A DNA stretch of 64,000 bases from Planctomycetota bacterium (GCA_044225365.1 JBGAIQ010000001.1:64001-128000); one strand, 5' to 3'. Positions 10,309-21,272 are shown, counted from the first letter of the stretch. Notes: generated by a model from the sequence alone, not told the origin. Numbers and translations are program-made.

Positions 10309-13300
10309 ACGTTTCCAGGCTCGGCGCCCCGCGTAGAAGCTGCGGCGAGACGTTCGCGAAAGGTCTCGACGAGTGCGTAGAGCGCGGGGATGACGACGAG
10401 CGTCAGCAAGGTCGACAGCAAGAGACCGCCGATGACGGTCACCGCGAGCGGAGCCTGGAGTTCGGATCCGGCCCATAGCCAGACCGGAAGATGTTGGATG
10501 CCCGGGATCCGTTCGAGCACACCGGTCAGCGGCACGAGGCCGAGGACGGTCGTTCCGGTCGTCATCAAGATGGGGCGGAGGCGAGCTCCCGCGGCTTCGA
10601 CGAGCGCGTCGACGACCGACATCCCGCGCGCTCGCAATTGATTCGTGTAATCGAGCATCACGATGGCGTTCTTGACCACGATTCCCGCGAGCACGACCGC
10701 GCCGATCAGCGCGACGACCGACATCGGGGTGTGGGTCAGGTAGAGCGCGAGGATGCCGCCGACGAGGGCGAGCGGAATCGTCATCATGATGATGAGCGGC
10801 TGGATGATCGATTCGAACTCGGCGGCCATCACGAGATAGACGAGGAAGATCGCGATGAGCGTGACCATCTTCATCTCGTCGAGCGCGCCCCCGATGTCGG
10901 CGCCTTGTCCGCCCGTCGAGCACGTGATGGTCGGGTGTTCGCGTTCGACATCGGACAGGACCCGGCGGATGTCGTTCAGCGCGGATCCGATGTCGAAACC
11001 GCTCGTGCTCGCCGACACCACGGCAGCGCGTTGGCCGCTGATGCGACGGATCTCGGAGGGGCCCTCGACGATCTTCACCTGCGCGACCTGTCGCAGCGGG
11101 ATGGGCGCGGTGGCTCCGAGATCGACCGTGACGCCCGGGAAGAACGTGCGATCGACCTTCTTCGAACTGCCCGTGCTGGTGCCTCCTCCCTCCGAGCCGC
11201 GGTCGAGCGTGTCGGCGAGATCGACGGCACGGCCGCGATTCACGGTGAGCGACAGCAGATCGTCGACGGTCATGACGTCGGACTTGACGCGGATGTCGAC
11301 GCGGCGATCGCCTTCGGCGAAGCGCGTCGAGACGACGCCCTGCACCTGCGCGCGAATTCGATTGCTGATCGCTTCGATGTCGAGGCCGAAGCGCAGCATT
11401 CGCTCGCGATCGAGCGTGAGCAGGATCTCTGGATTCCCGCGACCGATCGTCGAACGAACGTCGGAGAGCTCTGGGATCGCCTGAAGCTGGCGCGTGAGAT
11501 CGACTGCCGCCGCACGTAGCTCCGTGAGGTCTTCGCCGCGGGCTTCGACTGCGAGCGGCGCTTTGATCGAGAAGAGCGTGGGCCGTGAGAAGCGGAATCC
11601 CGTCAGTTCCGCGCGCTGGGAGAGGATCGAGCGGACGTCTTCGATGAGACGTTGCTCGAACTTCGCGCGCTCGGCGGCCGGGATCGAGCCGCTGCCCGTA
11701 CTGAGCTTCAGAAGGATCTTCGCCGTGTGACTGCCCTCGTCGACTCCCGCAACCTCGTCGCGAGCGATGCCGCACGACGAACTGACTTCGGCGATTCCGG
11801 AGACCTTGGAGATCGCATTCTCGACGGGGAGGAGCATCGCCGCGGTTTCCTCGACGGGCGTGCCCACGCGCAGGTCGACATCGACGATCAACTCGCCCTG
11901 GTGCACTTCGGGCAGCATCTCGGATCCGAGTTCGTCGACGAGGCCGTACGTGACGACGCCGATCGCGGTCGCGAAGATCATGAGCGCGACCATGCGCAGG
12001 TTGCTCTTCAGTAGGAATCGCAGGACGGCGGGATACGCCTTCGCGAGGGGCAGGTAGGTGCGATCGAATAAGAACGCGAGGGGAGCTGCCGCGAGAGCCA
12101 GCACGCGGATCGCCAGCGCACCGAGTCCGATCACGGCGTAGATCGCCGCCGCGACCACTCCGAGCATCACCCGCCCGAGGAACTCACAAGCGATCTGCAA
12201 GAGATCGACGGGGAATCGAACGACGCGGCCGATCTTCTCGAGCGCTCCCGTCGACGGAGCGCGATCGCGCAGGGCTCGCACCGCGAGCAGGCCACGCGGC
12301 CGCACGATCGGGCCGAGTAGCGCCCCGAGGAACGCTTTGGGTTGCGCGTAGATCGATCCGCGTTCGTTCCACGCGCCATGCTTTCGCGTCTTCTTCTCCT
12401 CGGCCGTTCCGCTCATGCTCGAGAATTGCGCGGCGAGCACGGGGACGAAGAACAGGGCGACGAAGATCGATGACGCGAGCGCGAACACTACGGTGAGCGC
12501 CTGGTCCTTGAAGATCTGTCCCGCGATGCCGGAGACGAACGCCACCGGGAAGAACACGGCGATCGTCGTCAGCGTCGAGGCGATGACGGCGGCGCCGACT
12601 TCGCGTGTTCCACGCAATGCGCCGCGGGTCGGATCGTCCCCTTCCTCTCGACAACGTACGATCGACTCGAGCACGACGATCGAGTCATCGACGAGCATGC
12701 CGATGCCGAGCGCGAGCCCGCCGAGCGACATGATGTTGAGCGTGGTGTGCGTCGCGAACATGCAGGCGAACGTCGCGATCACCGAGAGCGGGATCGAGAT
12801 CGAGAGCATCGACGTCGCGCCGAGGTTGCGCAGGAAGAGCAGGAGCACGACGACCGAGAGCAGACCGCCGAGTAGACCGGCGCCCTTGACTTCCTCGATC
12901 GCGTTCTCGATGAAGACCGATTGATCGGAGAGCACGCGGGCTTCGATGCCGCGAGGAAGCTTGGAGACGATCGTGTCCTGGGCCCGCTTCTTCCGCTCCG
13001 CGAGGTCCCGCAGCTTGAGGACGGCGGCAGGTTCCTGCGGGCGGGACTTCGCATCGTCCTTCGTCCCGGGGCTCGCGGAGGTCGCGGGTGCGTCCTTCTC
13101 GAGTTTCAGCAATTCAGCGCTGAGGAGCTTCTCGGGATCGGGTTGTTTTCCCGACTCGATCTCCGCCAGGAACTTCCGATCCTCGTCGCTGCCGAGGAGG
13201 CTTGTGCGCACTGCTTTGGCGAGGTCGACGATGTTCGCATCGGCCTCGCGGAAGACTTGCAGCTCGACACTCTCACGTCCGGCGACGCGGGTGATCACGT

Positions 13301-14159
13301 CGCGTTCCTTCGCCGTGCGTTCGACCGTCGCGACGTCCTTCACTCGAATCGGCTGCCCGCCGCGTTCGGCGACACCGAGATCGAGGATCTCGTCGAGCGT
13401 CTTGAACTCGTTCAACGTGCGGACGAGGTATTCCGTGTCGCCCTCGATCAGCTTGCCGCTCGCGAGGTTCACGTTCTCGATGCGCAGTTTGCGATCGACT
13501 TCGGAGATGTCGAGATTGAGCTGCGACAACTTCTTGTTGTCGAGGCGAACACGGATCTCGGTCTCGAGACCGCCGCGCGTCTTCACCGCCGCGACGCCGG
13601 AGATGGTCTGCAGTTTGCGACCGATGATCTCCTCCGCGGCGACGCGCGTCTCGGCGAGATCGCGATCGCCGTAGACCGCGATCCGCAGCACGGGGTCGAG
13701 CGACGGGTCGTAGCGCAGGACGAGCGGCGCCTTCACGTCCGCCGGCAGGTTCGCGCGGTCCAGTCGCTCGCGAATCTCCTGCGTCGCGAGCGAGAGCGAT
13801 TTGCCCCACTGGAATTCGAGGAGCACGTCGGAGACGCCGGGACGAGAAGTGGAGCTGTGGCCAACGAGCCCGGGAAGGACCGCGAGCGCTTCCTCGATGC
13901 GTTTCGAGATGCGCTCTTCGATGTCCTCGGGTCCGGCGCCGAGGTACTCCGTGCGAACGGTCACCGAGGGGTAGCTGATCGGCGGCAGGAGCTCGAGCGG
14001 GATCTTGCGGAAGGAGATGTAGCCGAACGTCGCGACGGCGAGCACGATCATCGTGACCGCGACGGGGCGCGCGATCGCGAAGCCGTACGCGCCGCCGTCC
14101 TTCAGCGCTTCGTCGCGACGGGCCTTTGCTTCGTCGCGATCCGTTTCGCCGCGGGTCAT
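10284..14159 (-). CDS. RND efflux transporter permease subunit (AcrB/AcrD/AcrF family)
   Basis: RPVAVTM, LNIMSLGGLALGIGMLVDDSIVVLE, STLTTIAVFFP, GIVVKNAIV and RLRPILMT motifs. 1291 aa with insertions. Confidence 0.95.
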   Translation of the reverse strand: MTRGETDRDEAKARRDEALKDGGAYGFAIARPVAVTMIVLAVATFGYISFRKIPLELLPPISYPSVTVRTEYLGAGPEDIEERISKRIEEALAVLPGLVGHSSTSRPGVSDVLLEFQWGKSLSLATQEIRERLDRANLPADVKAPLVLRYDPSLDPVLRIAVYGDRDLAETRVAAEEIIGRKLQTISGVAAVKTRGGLETEIRVRLDNKKLSQLNLDISEVDRKLRIENVNLASGKLIEGDTEYLVRTLNEFKTLDEILDLGVAERGGQPIRVKDVATVERTAKERDVITRVAGRESVELQVFREADANIVDLAKAVRTSLLGSDEDRKFLAEIESGKQPDPEKLLSAELLKLEKDAPATSASPGTKDDAKSRPQEPAAVLKLRDLAERKKRAQDTIVSKLPRGIEARVLSDQSVFIENAIEEVKGAGLLGGLLSVVVLLLFLRNLGATSMLSISIPLSVIATFACMFATHTTLNIMSLGGLALGIGMLVDDSIVVLESIVRCREEGDDPTRGALRGTREVGAAVIASTLTTIAVFFPVAFVSGIAGQIFKDQALTVVFALASSIFVALFFVPVLAAQFSSMSGTAEEKKTRKHGAWNERGSIYAQPKAFLGALLGPIVRPRGLLAVRALRDRAPSTGALEKIGRVVRFPVDLLQIACEFLGRVMLGVVAAAIYAVIGLGALAIRVLALAAAPLAFLFDRTYLPLAKAYPAVLRFLLKSNLRMVALMIFATAIGVVTYGLVDELGSEMLPEVHQGELIVDVDLRVGTPVEETAAMLLPVENAISKVSGIAEVSSSCGIARDEVAGVDEGSHTAKILLKLSTGSGSIPAAERAKFEQRLIEDVRSILSQRAELTGFRFSRPTLFSIKAPLAVEARGEDLTELRAAAVDLTRQLQAIPELSDVRSTIGRGNPEILLTLDRERMLRFGLDIEAISNRIRAQVQGVVSTRFAEGDRRVDIRVKSDVMTVDDLLSLTVNRGRAVDLADTLDRGSEGGGTSTGSSKKVDRTFFPGVTVDLGATAPIPLRQVAQVKIVEGPSEIRRISGQRAAVVSASTSGFDIGSALNDIRRVLSDVEREHPTITCSTGGQGADIGGALDEMKMVTLIAIFLVYLVMAAEFESIIQPLIIMMTIPLALVGGILALYLTHTPMSVVALIGAVVLAGIVVKNAIVMLDYTNQLRARGMSVVDALVEAAGARLRPILMTTGTTVLGLVPLTGVLERIPGIQHLPVWLWAGSELQAPLAVTVIGGLLLSTLLTLVVIPALYALVETFRERLAAASTRGAEPGNVKEPREAP

Positions 14160-15433
14160 TGCGAACCCGTTGCGATCGAGACCGGATCACCGTCGCGCAG
14201 GCGATCCTGACCCACGAGGATGACGCGCATGTTCATGTCGGGCGGTGCGCCGTCGACCGTGAGGATCTCGTACTGACCGTGCGACGCTTCGTCGCGTTCG
14301 ACCAGATGGCGCCGAGCCACGCCGTTCTCGAAGCTGAACAGCCAGTCCTTCTTGTCCTCGCGGACGATCGCGCGCTTGTTGACGACGACGCCTTCCTTGC
14401 TGCCGACCAGGATCGCGGCCTTCGCGAACATACCGGGCTTCACCTTGCCGATCGCATTGTCGGGCAGGCGGACGCGGACCCGGATCTGCCCGCTGCTCGG
14501 GTCGACGGACGGGTTGATCGCTTCGATCTTGCCGATGAACGTGTCCTTCGGAAATGCGCCGAGCGTGAGTCGCGTCTCGAGTCCGAGGTGCGATACGGCT
14601 TCGAACTGGTCCTGATTGATCGATACGTAGGCACGCAATCGCGAAGGATCGACGAGGGTGAACAGGTGCGTGCTCGAGTTGACGAGCAATCCGGAATTGA
14701 CGTCCCGTCGCTGCACGACGCCGTCGATCGTCGAAAGCACGATCGTGTCGGCAAGGTCCTTCTTGGCGGCATCGAGTTCGATCTTCGCGGACTCGGTCGC
14801 GAGCTTGGCGAGTTCGACTTCGATCTTGCTGCGTTCCACGCCGAGGTCGAGCGCCTCGAGTTCAGCGGTCTGCCGCGCGAACTCGGCCTCGGTGTCCTGG
14901 ATCTCCTTCTCGGTGAGGACTTCGATCCCGCCCTTCTGCGTGTCGAGAGCGCGTTGGAAATCCGCCTTCGCCTTGTCGAACTGGGCCTTCTGCGCACGCG
15001 CGCGGGCGGCGGCCTCCTTCGATTGGGAATCCGCCTGCTTCTCCGACTGCTGGCGCTGGCGCCACATCGCATCGCGGCGTGCGACTTCGATCTTGAAGTC
15101 GACGTCGTTGAGGAGGAGCAAGGGTTGCCCGACCTTCACTTCGGACCCTTCGTCGACGAGGACTTCCTTGATGTACGCCGGTCCGACCTTGGGGTAGACG
15201 TCGACGCGCAGGTCGGCCTCGATGTCGGTCGTACCGGGGATGGTGGAATCGACCGGGCGCAACTCGAATTTTCCGACCTCGACGAGCGTGGTGGCGGCGC
15301 CGCGCGGCGTCACGACCTTGGGATCGGGAGTATCGGTTGCAATTCCAGGAGCGCCCGCGGAGTCCGGACTACACCCGGCGGCGAGCGCGAGCCAGCCGAG
15401 TCCGAGTGTCACGGCGAGGGCGCGCAGGGGCAT
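14156..15433 (-). CDS. RND periplasmic adaptor (membrane fusion protein), lipoprotein
   Basis: Lipobox LAAGC, V.EGSEVKVGQPL, long coiled coil, STIDGVV and KPGMFA. 4-nt overlap with the permease. Confidence 0.9.
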   Translation of the reverse strand: MPLRALAVTLGLGWLALAAGCSPDSAGAPGIATDTPDPKVVTPRGAATTLVEVGKFELRPVDSTIPGTTDIEADLRVDVYPKVGPAYIKEVLVDEGSEVKVGQPLLLLNDVDFKIEVARRDAMWRQRQQSEKQADSQSKEAAARARAQKAQFDKAKADFQRALDTQKGGIEVLTEKEIQDTEAEFARQTAELEALDLGVERSKIEVELAKLATESAKIELDAAKKDLADTIVLSTIDGVVQRRDVNSGLLVNSSTHLFTLVDPSRLRAYVSINQDQFEAVSHLGLETRLTLGAFPKDTFIGKIEAINPSVDPSSGQIRVRVRLPDNAIGKVKPGMFAKAAILVGSKEGVVVNKRAIVREDKKDWLFSFENGVARRHLVERDEASHGQYEILTVDGAPPDMNMRVILVGQDRLRDGDPVSIATGSQ

Positions 15434-15696
15434 GGCTCGCGGCCGGAATCGCCGGGTGGGGAATCGATCGGAGGGCGGGGACGAAGTCGTGGGCTGCAAG
15501 GATCCTCCCGGCGCGCGGGCAAGGCGGTCGTCGAACGTGCCGTTTCGTGAGTGCAGAACTCTGCGCAATACGCTCCGTCCTGCGCTGCGTTGGCTACGAT
15601 CCCGCTCGCTCCGCCGTTCCAGTGAAGGAACCGCGTCGCGAACTCTTCAGCATCTCTCGGGACGATCCAACGGACGCACATTCCGGAATCCTCACC

Positions 15697-16947
15697 ATGA
15701 TATCCGTCGACGAAGCGATCGCGATCATTCTGCAGCGGACATCGACCCCTTCGGCCGACTCGTTCGAACACGTGTCGCTGCTCGATTCTCTCGGCCGCGT
15801 GCTCGCAGCGCCCGTTGTCGCGAAGGACGATCTGCCGCTCTTCTCGCGTTCGACGGTCGACGGCTTCGCGGTGCGGGCCGCGGATGCTCCACTGTTTCGG
15901 GATCCAGGACTGCGAATCGTGGGGGAGTCCGCCGCGGGCATGCCATCCGGATGCAGTGTGGGAGCGGGCGAAGCGGTCAAGATCTTCACCGGTGCGAAGC
16001 TGCCGAGCGGCGCCGACGCCGTGATCATGGTCGAGGACTCGACGACCGAAGGCGATCACGTCCGCTTCGGCGTCACGGCCCGCGCCGGACAGAACTACTC
16101 GAAGCAGGGCGAGGACCTGAAGCGCGGGGATACCGCCCTTTGCGCCGGGGACGCCATCTCGAGCGGCGCGATCGGACTCCTCGCCTCTCTCGGGGCCACC
16201 TCGCTGGGGGTGAGATCGCGGCCGCGCGTCGCGATCCTGCCGACGGGGACCGAGCTCGTCCGCGCGCACGAGACGCCGCAAGAAGGGCAGATCCGGGAGT
16301 CCAACGCCGCGGTGCTCGCGGCGCTCATCCATCTCGCGGGATGTGAACCCGTCGACCTCGGCATCGTGCGGGACGATCGGGCGCGGATCAAGCAGGCGGC
16401 CGAACGCGGCCTCGAGTGCGACGTGCTGCTCGTCTCGGGCGGTTCGTCGGTCGGCGACTACGATTTCACGCCGGAGATCCTGGCCGAGCTGGGAGTCGAA
16501 GTTCACTTCGATCGCGTGAATCTGAAGCCGGGAAAGCCCACTTTGTTCGGTACCCGCGGCGATCGCGCGGTCTTCGGACTTCCGGGCAATCCCATCTCTG
16601 CGTTCGTGACCTTTCACCTGTTCGTGCGACCCGCGCTCCTGGTGCGGGCGGGCCTGCCTGCCTCACCGCCTCCGCGATTGGGGGCGCGATTGCTCTCGTC
16701 GGTGAAGCGCAGCAAGGATCGCGATCAGGCATTGCCCGCCGCGCTCACGATCGATCCGCAGACGTACGATCTCGCAATACGCTTCGTGGGCTGGCACGGC
16801 TCGGGCGACGTGACGTGTCTGAGCGATGCCAACGCTCTCCTCTTCGTGCCGCGGGGCGACGGCGCGCTCGAAGCGGGCGAGATCGTTCGCGCCACGCCGC
16901 TCGACGGCGGACGCATGGGGGACTTCGCGATGGGATTCGCGTCATGA
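15697..16947 (+). CDS. moeA: Molybdopterin molybdotransferase MoeA
   Basis: MISVDEA start, SRSTVDGFAV, IFTGAKLPSGADAVIMVE, SGGSSVGDYD, KPGKP and GLPGNP. Confidence 0.95.
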   Translation: MISVDEAIAIILQRTSTPSADSFEHVSLLDSLGRVLAAPVVAKDDLPLFSRSTVDGFAVRAADAPLFRDPGLRIVGESAAGMPSGCSVGAGEAVKIFTGAKLPSGADAVIMVEDSTTEGDHVRFGVTARAGQNYSKQGEDLKRGDTALCAGDAISSGAIGLLASLGATSLGVRSRPRVAILPTGTELVRAHETPQEGQIRESNAAVLAALIHLAGCEPVDLGIVRDDRARIKQAAERGLECDVLLVSGGSSVGDYDFTPEILAELGVEVHFDRVNLKPGKPTLFGTRGDRAVFGLPGNPISAFVTFHLFVRPALLVRAGLPASPPPRLGARLLSSVKRSKDRDQALPAALTIDPQTYDLAIRFVGWHGSGDVTCLSDANALLFVPRGDGALEAGEIVRATPLDGGRMGDFAMGFAS

Positions 16948-18554
16948 CCGATCGAACTCCGCGCTCGCGGCCCTTCGTGCTCGCCGTGCTCTCCGCGTTG
17001 CTGCTCGTGTTCGCGCAGCAGCCCTACGGCGCGTGGCCGCTCGCATTCTTCGCGATCGTTCCGCTCGCCTTGCTCGCGGAGATGGACGAAGCCGCCGCCC
17101 CGCGCCGCTACCTCGCCGCGTATCTCGGCGGCTACGTGCATTTCTTCGTCGGGTGCTTCTGGCTGCGCCACACGCATCCCGCGAGCCTCGTGATGATGAC
17201 GGCCGCCGAGGCCTTTGCGTTTCCGCTCTACGTGTTCTTTCACCGCAGTCTTCGCGATTCGAAAGTGCCAAGCGTGATCGCGTTGCCGTGTGCATTCGTC
17301 GCCGTCGAGTGGCTGCGCTCGGCTGGCCCATCCAACGGGTTCCCCTACTTGCTCGTCGGTTGCGCGCTGGCCACTCCGATCGAATTGCCGCAGGCTGCGG
17401 AATGGGGCGGAGTCTTCTATCTGTCCTTCCTTGCCGCACTCGCGAACGGCTTCCTCGTCCTCGGCTGGCGGTGCCGACCCGTAAAGGCGGTCGCGATCGC
17501 TTGCCTCTTCGCTGCGTTCCACGTTCCCTTCCTCCTCTACGTCTACGGCAAGTCGCGCATCCCGGAGATCGAGGAGCGCGAGACGACGGGGCCGACGGTC
17601 GTCGCGATCCAGGCGAACATCCCGCAGGATCTGAAGCAGGACGTCAAGCGAGGCCGCAAGGACTCGGCAGAGGAGATCTTCCGTCAGCATCTCGACCTGA
17701 CGAAGCAAGCCGTAGTCGAGCACGATGTCGATCTCGTGGTCTGGCCCGAGACGATGTTCCCCAAACCACTCGGCGCGCGCTTCGAAACCGTCGACGAGCA
17801 CGACTTGGTGGGGATTCAAACGATCGAGCGAGTGCTCCGTCCCGCAAGCGCTCATCTGCTCCTCGGAGCTGTGACTGTCGATGGAACAGAACCAATCAAG
17901 GATCCCACTCGCAACTCCGCGATCCTCTACGCGTTCGACGGAACGCGAATGGGCGTGTATTCGAAGACCGTCCTGGTCCCAGGTGGCGAATTCATCCCCT
18001 TCTACTCAGCTCTCAAGTTCATCATCGATCCGATCGTGCTCTCGATCTCGCCGGTCGTCCCGCAACTGACCGCGGGCGACGGGCCCACGGTGTTCTCCAT
18101 CGCGACGGGGGACGGTGTGATGCACCCTTTCGGTACCACGATCTGCTACGAGAACGTGTATCCGGACTACTGCGCGAAGATCGCGCGGGGGGTCGAGTTC
18201 GTCGTCAATCTCTCGAACGAAGCCTGGTTCAAGGACAGCGGCGAGTTCGATCAGATGGAGGCCGCGTCGCGCTTGCGGGCGATCGAATCGCGCCGCAGTC
18301 TCGTCCGCGCGACCAATTCGGGCATCTCCGCGCTCTACGACGCGACGGGCAAACGACTCGCCGTGCTCACCGACGAGCAGGGCCGCGATCGGGAGATTCC
18401 GGGCTTCCTGAAGGTCCAGGTTCCGATCTGCGCCGAGGAAACCGTCTTCGCGCGGCGGAGGAGTGCGCCCTTCGCCGTGCTTTCGGCGATCGTCGCCATC
18501 TCGTCCCTGCTGCGCGAATTCGTGCGCCGTTACCGGCGGCTCACGGCGCGCTAA
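16944..18554 (+). CDS. lnt: Apolipoprotein N-acyltransferase
   Basis: Multiple TM helices. Nitrilase triad motifs VWPET, K in YSKTVLVPGGEFIP and ICYE; SNEAWF and RATNSGIS. ATGA overlap with moeA. Confidence 0.93.
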   Translation: MTDRTPRSRPFVLAVLSALLLVFAQQPYGAWPLAFFAIVPLALLAEMDEAAAPRRYLAAYLGGYVHFFVGCFWLRHTHPASLVMMTAAEAFAFPLYVFFHRSLRDSKVPSVIALPCAFVAVEWLRSAGPSNGFPYLLVGCALATPIELPQAAEWGGVFYLSFLAALANGFLVLGWRCRPVKAVAIACLFAAFHVPFLLYVYGKSRIPEIEERETTGPTVVAIQANIPQDLKQDVKRGRKDSAEEIFRQHLDLTKQAVVEHDVDLVVWPETMFPKPLGARFETVDEHDLVGIQTIERVLRPASAHLLLGAVTVDGTEPIKDPTRNSAILYAFDGTRMGVYSKTVLVPGGEFIPFYSALKFIIDPIVLSISPVVPQLTAGDGPTVFSIATGDGVMHPFGTTICYENVYPDYCAKIARGVEFVVNLSNEAWFKDSGEFDQMEAASRLRAIESRRSLVRATNSGISALYDATGKRLAVLTDEQGRDREIPGFLKVQVPICAEETVFARRRSAPFAVLSAIVAISSLLREFVRRYRRLTAR

Positions 18555-18596
18555 AGGCTCCCGTACGATGGTGTTTGTCGGTCGTCCGAATTTGTT

Positions 18597-18624
18597 TTGA
18601 CGGCGGATCTTCGACCCATACAAT
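18597..18624 (+). promoter_or_regulatory. Putative sigma70 promoter
   Basis: TTGACG-N16-TACAAT in the intergenic region, about 215 nt upstream of the ATG at 18840. Confidence 0.5.
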
Positions 18625-18839
18625 CCGCGGCGATTCTGGCTAGGCCACGTGATTCAGTGCTTTGGCAAGGGCCGACTCAGCGCCGGTGACGAACACGGTG
18701 AACCGCGGCGAGTCGCCTCGCTGCGAACGCGAGTCGAGCGAACTGCCGAAGCAGTCGCGAGAGAACGAACCTACGGCCGAGCCGCTACGAACTTGTGAAC
18801 GAGTTTCGAACGCGACGGCTCGCTTATTGAGGAACGAGA

Positions 18840-19694
18840 ATGAGCTCGATCGGAAAAATCTTCGTTGTTTTGAACCTGGTGTTCTCGCTCGTCGTGCTCG
18901 GCGTGGTCGGCGCGATCCTGGCGAAGAGCAACGAATTCAAGGGCAAGCTCGACACCGAGACTGCCTCGCACAAGTCCGACGTCGACAACGCGGCGAAGGA
19001 GAAGGCGACCCTCAGCGGTGACATCGCGCGCCTCCAGGCCGACAAGCGCGGCAACGAAGAGAAGATCGCGGGCCTCGACGCCCAGGTGAAGAGCCTCGAG
19101 GGCGACAAGGCCAAGCTCAGCGCCGACATCGACACTCTCCGCGGCGACATGAGCAAGCTCCAGGCCGACTATCAGAAGTTCACGAGCACGCTCGCCCAGG
19201 TGACGACGCACAATGAAGCGCTCACCAAGGAGAACGGCGAGATGCGCGAGGCCAAGCATGCGGCCGAGGCGAAGCAGAACGCCGCAGAGCAGGACCTCGC
19301 TCGCGCCAATCAGTCGATCGAAACGATGAAGAGCGAGACCGAGCAGCTCAAGAAGCAGATCGAAGAGTGCGAGGCCCAGAAGGGTGATCTCGCGGGTCAG
19401 ATCGAAGCGGCCATCCAGGCCGGGTTCGACATCTCGAAGGTCCGCGCGCAGCCCGCGATCGACGCGGTCGTCCAGAGCGTGAACCACCAGCTCAACCTCG
19501 TCGTCCTCTCGGTCGGCTCCGATGTCGGCGTCACCAAGGGCATGAAGTTCTCGATCCATGGCGGCGGTCAGTTCAAGGGCGAGGTCGTCGTCGACAACGT
19601 CTATCCGGACAACTGCTCGGCCCACATCCTTCCGAACGTGAAGGGCACCGAGGCGGGCATCGCGAACAACGACAAGGCGACGACGCGGCTTTGA
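18840..19694 (+). CDS. Single-TM long coiled-coil protein with a small C-terminal beta domain
   Basis: GAGGA RBS, N-terminal TM (IFVVLNLVFSLVVLGVVGAIL), about 170 aa of heptad repeats, C-terminal VVLSVGSDVGVTKGMKFSI beta domain. Confidence 0.85.
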   Translation: MSSIGKIFVVLNLVFSLVVLGVVGAILAKSNEFKGKLDTETASHKSDVDNAAKEKATLSGDIARLQADKRGNEEKIAGLDAQVKSLEGDKAKLSADIDTLRGDMSKLQADYQKFTSTLAQVTTHNEALTKENGEMREAKHAAEAKQNAAEQDLARANQSIETMKSETEQLKKQIEECEAQKGDLAGQIEAAIQAGFDISKVRAQPAIDAVVQSVNHQLNLVVLSVGSDVGVTKGMKFSIHGGGQFKGEVVVDNVYPDNCSAHILPNVKGTEAGIANNDKATTRL

Positions 19695-19737
19695 TCGCTG
19701 CGGCAACCCCTAACCAATTTCGAACGAGAGGTGAGCC

Positions 19738-19905
19738 ATGGCGAACGAGATGGAAAGCGCAGAAGTCGAAGGAGCGGGACAGCCGGAAGGCGGAGTTTCG
19801 CTCGAAGTCGGGTTGATTCTCGCGACGACGATTGCTCTGGTGTTGTCGATCGTCGTCGGATTCCTCGAGCTCAAGAACTACGCTGCGGGCATTCTCGCCC
19901 CCTGA
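19738..19905 (+). CDS. 55-aa single-pass membrane microprotein (absent from the ORF track)
   Basis: GAGAGGTGA RBS then ATG. Translates to MANEMESAEVEGAGQPEGGVSLEVGLILATTIALVLSIVVGFLELKNYAAGILAP*, with an acidic N-terminus and one TM helix. Confidence 0.75.
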   Translation: MANEMESAEVEGAGQPEGGVSLEVGLILATTIALVLSIVVGFLELKNYAAGILAP

Positions 19906-20117
19906 TCGACAGTTCGAGGTCCGATCGACACGCCGCCGCAGACCGAAAGGTCGCGGTGGCGTTGTCGTTTCCATATGCTGCGCACGGCGTCATGGCGGTG
20001 ATGGTGTGCGGCGGGGCTCGATTCGTTCGCATTCTGCGAGCGGCATGATCGGTATCGAGCGGCACTGAGGACAGTGGGTCGATCGCGCGAATCGAGGTTT
20101 TGGCTGTGAGTTCTCGG

Positions 20118-21173
20118 ATGTTGCGACCTCTCGAATGGCTGATCGGTCGATTCTCGATCGACATGGGGATCGATCTCGGAACGGCCAATACGCTGGTGTG
20201 CGTTCCTGGCGATGGCATCGTGCTGAACGAGCCGTCGGTCGTCGCCGTGAAGAAGGACACGAACGAAGTCCTTCTCAACGGCAACGCCGTCGGGCACACC
20301 GCGAAGGAGATGCTCGGCCGCGTGCCGGGGAACATCCTTGCGATCCGTCCCTTGAAGAACGGCGTGATCGCCGACTTCGAGATCACGGAGAAGATGCTGC
20401 GGTACTTCATCCGCAAGGTCCACAATCGATCGTTCCTCGTGCGACCGCGCATCGTCATCTCGATCCCGTCCGGAATCACCGCGGTCGAGAAGCGCGCCGT
20501 CATCAATTCCGCCGAGAGGGCGGGGGCGCGCACGGTGTACCTCGTGCTCGAACCGATCGCGGCCGGCATCGGCGCCGGGTTGCCGATCGCGGAGCCGACG
20601 GCGAACATGATCGTCGACATCGGTGGCGGCACGACGGAAGTCGCGGTGATCTCGCTCTTCGGCATCGTCGAGGCCAAGTCGGTGCGCGTCGCGGGTGATG
20701 CGATGGACGAGGCGATCGTCGCCTACGTGAAGAAGCACCACAATCTGCTCATCGGCGAGCAGAGCGCGGAGCAGATCAAGATCCAGATCGGTTCGGCGTG
20801 GCCGCTCAAGGAAGAGAAGAAGATGCAGATCGCGGGCCGCGATCAGCAGGCGAATCTCCCGCGGCAGACGGTGATTTCGTCGGAGGAGGTGCGCGAAGCG
20901 CTCTCCGAACCCGTGAGTGCGATCATCGAAGCGATCCGCAATTGCCTCGAGCGCACTCCGCCCGAACTCGCGGCGGATCTCGTTCACAACGGAGTCACCC
21001 TCGCGGGCGGCGGCGCGCTCCTGCGTGGTCTCTCGACCGCGATCGAGAATGCGATCCAACTGCCGGTGCACGTCGCGGAGGATCCGCTCACGTGCGTCGC
21101 GCGCGGGACCGGCGTGTTCCTCGACGAGTTGGAGCTCTACTCGAAGGTCCTCGAGACGAGCGACGAACTCTAG
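20118..21173 (+). CDS. mreB: Rod shape-determining protein MreB
   Basis: [39 protein letters not shown] and LAGGGALL. Confidence 0.97.
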   Translation: MLRPLEWLIGRFSIDMGIDLGTANTLVCVPGDGIVLNEPSVVAVKKDTNEVLLNGNAVGHTAKEMLGRVPGNILAIRPLKNGVIADFEITEKMLRYFIRKVHNRSFLVRPRIVISIPSGITAVEKRAVINSAERAGARTVYLVLEPIAAGIGAGLPIAEPTANMIVDIGGGTTEVAVISLFGIVEAKSVRVAGDAMDEAIVAYVKKHHNLLIGEQSAEQIKIQIGSAWPLKEEKKMQIAGRDQQANLPRQTVISSEEVREALSEPVSAIIEAIRNCLERTPPELAADLVHNGVTLAGGGALLRGLSTAIENAIQLPVHVAEDPLTCVARGTGVFLDELELYSKVLETSDEL

Positions 21174-21272
21174 TCGCGCGAAGTTCTCCCGGGTGATGCG
21201 CGCGGGCGGTGCGCGATCGACCGTTCGTGGTGGACCGGAATCGCATGGCAGGCGGATTGGTTCGGGGCTTTC

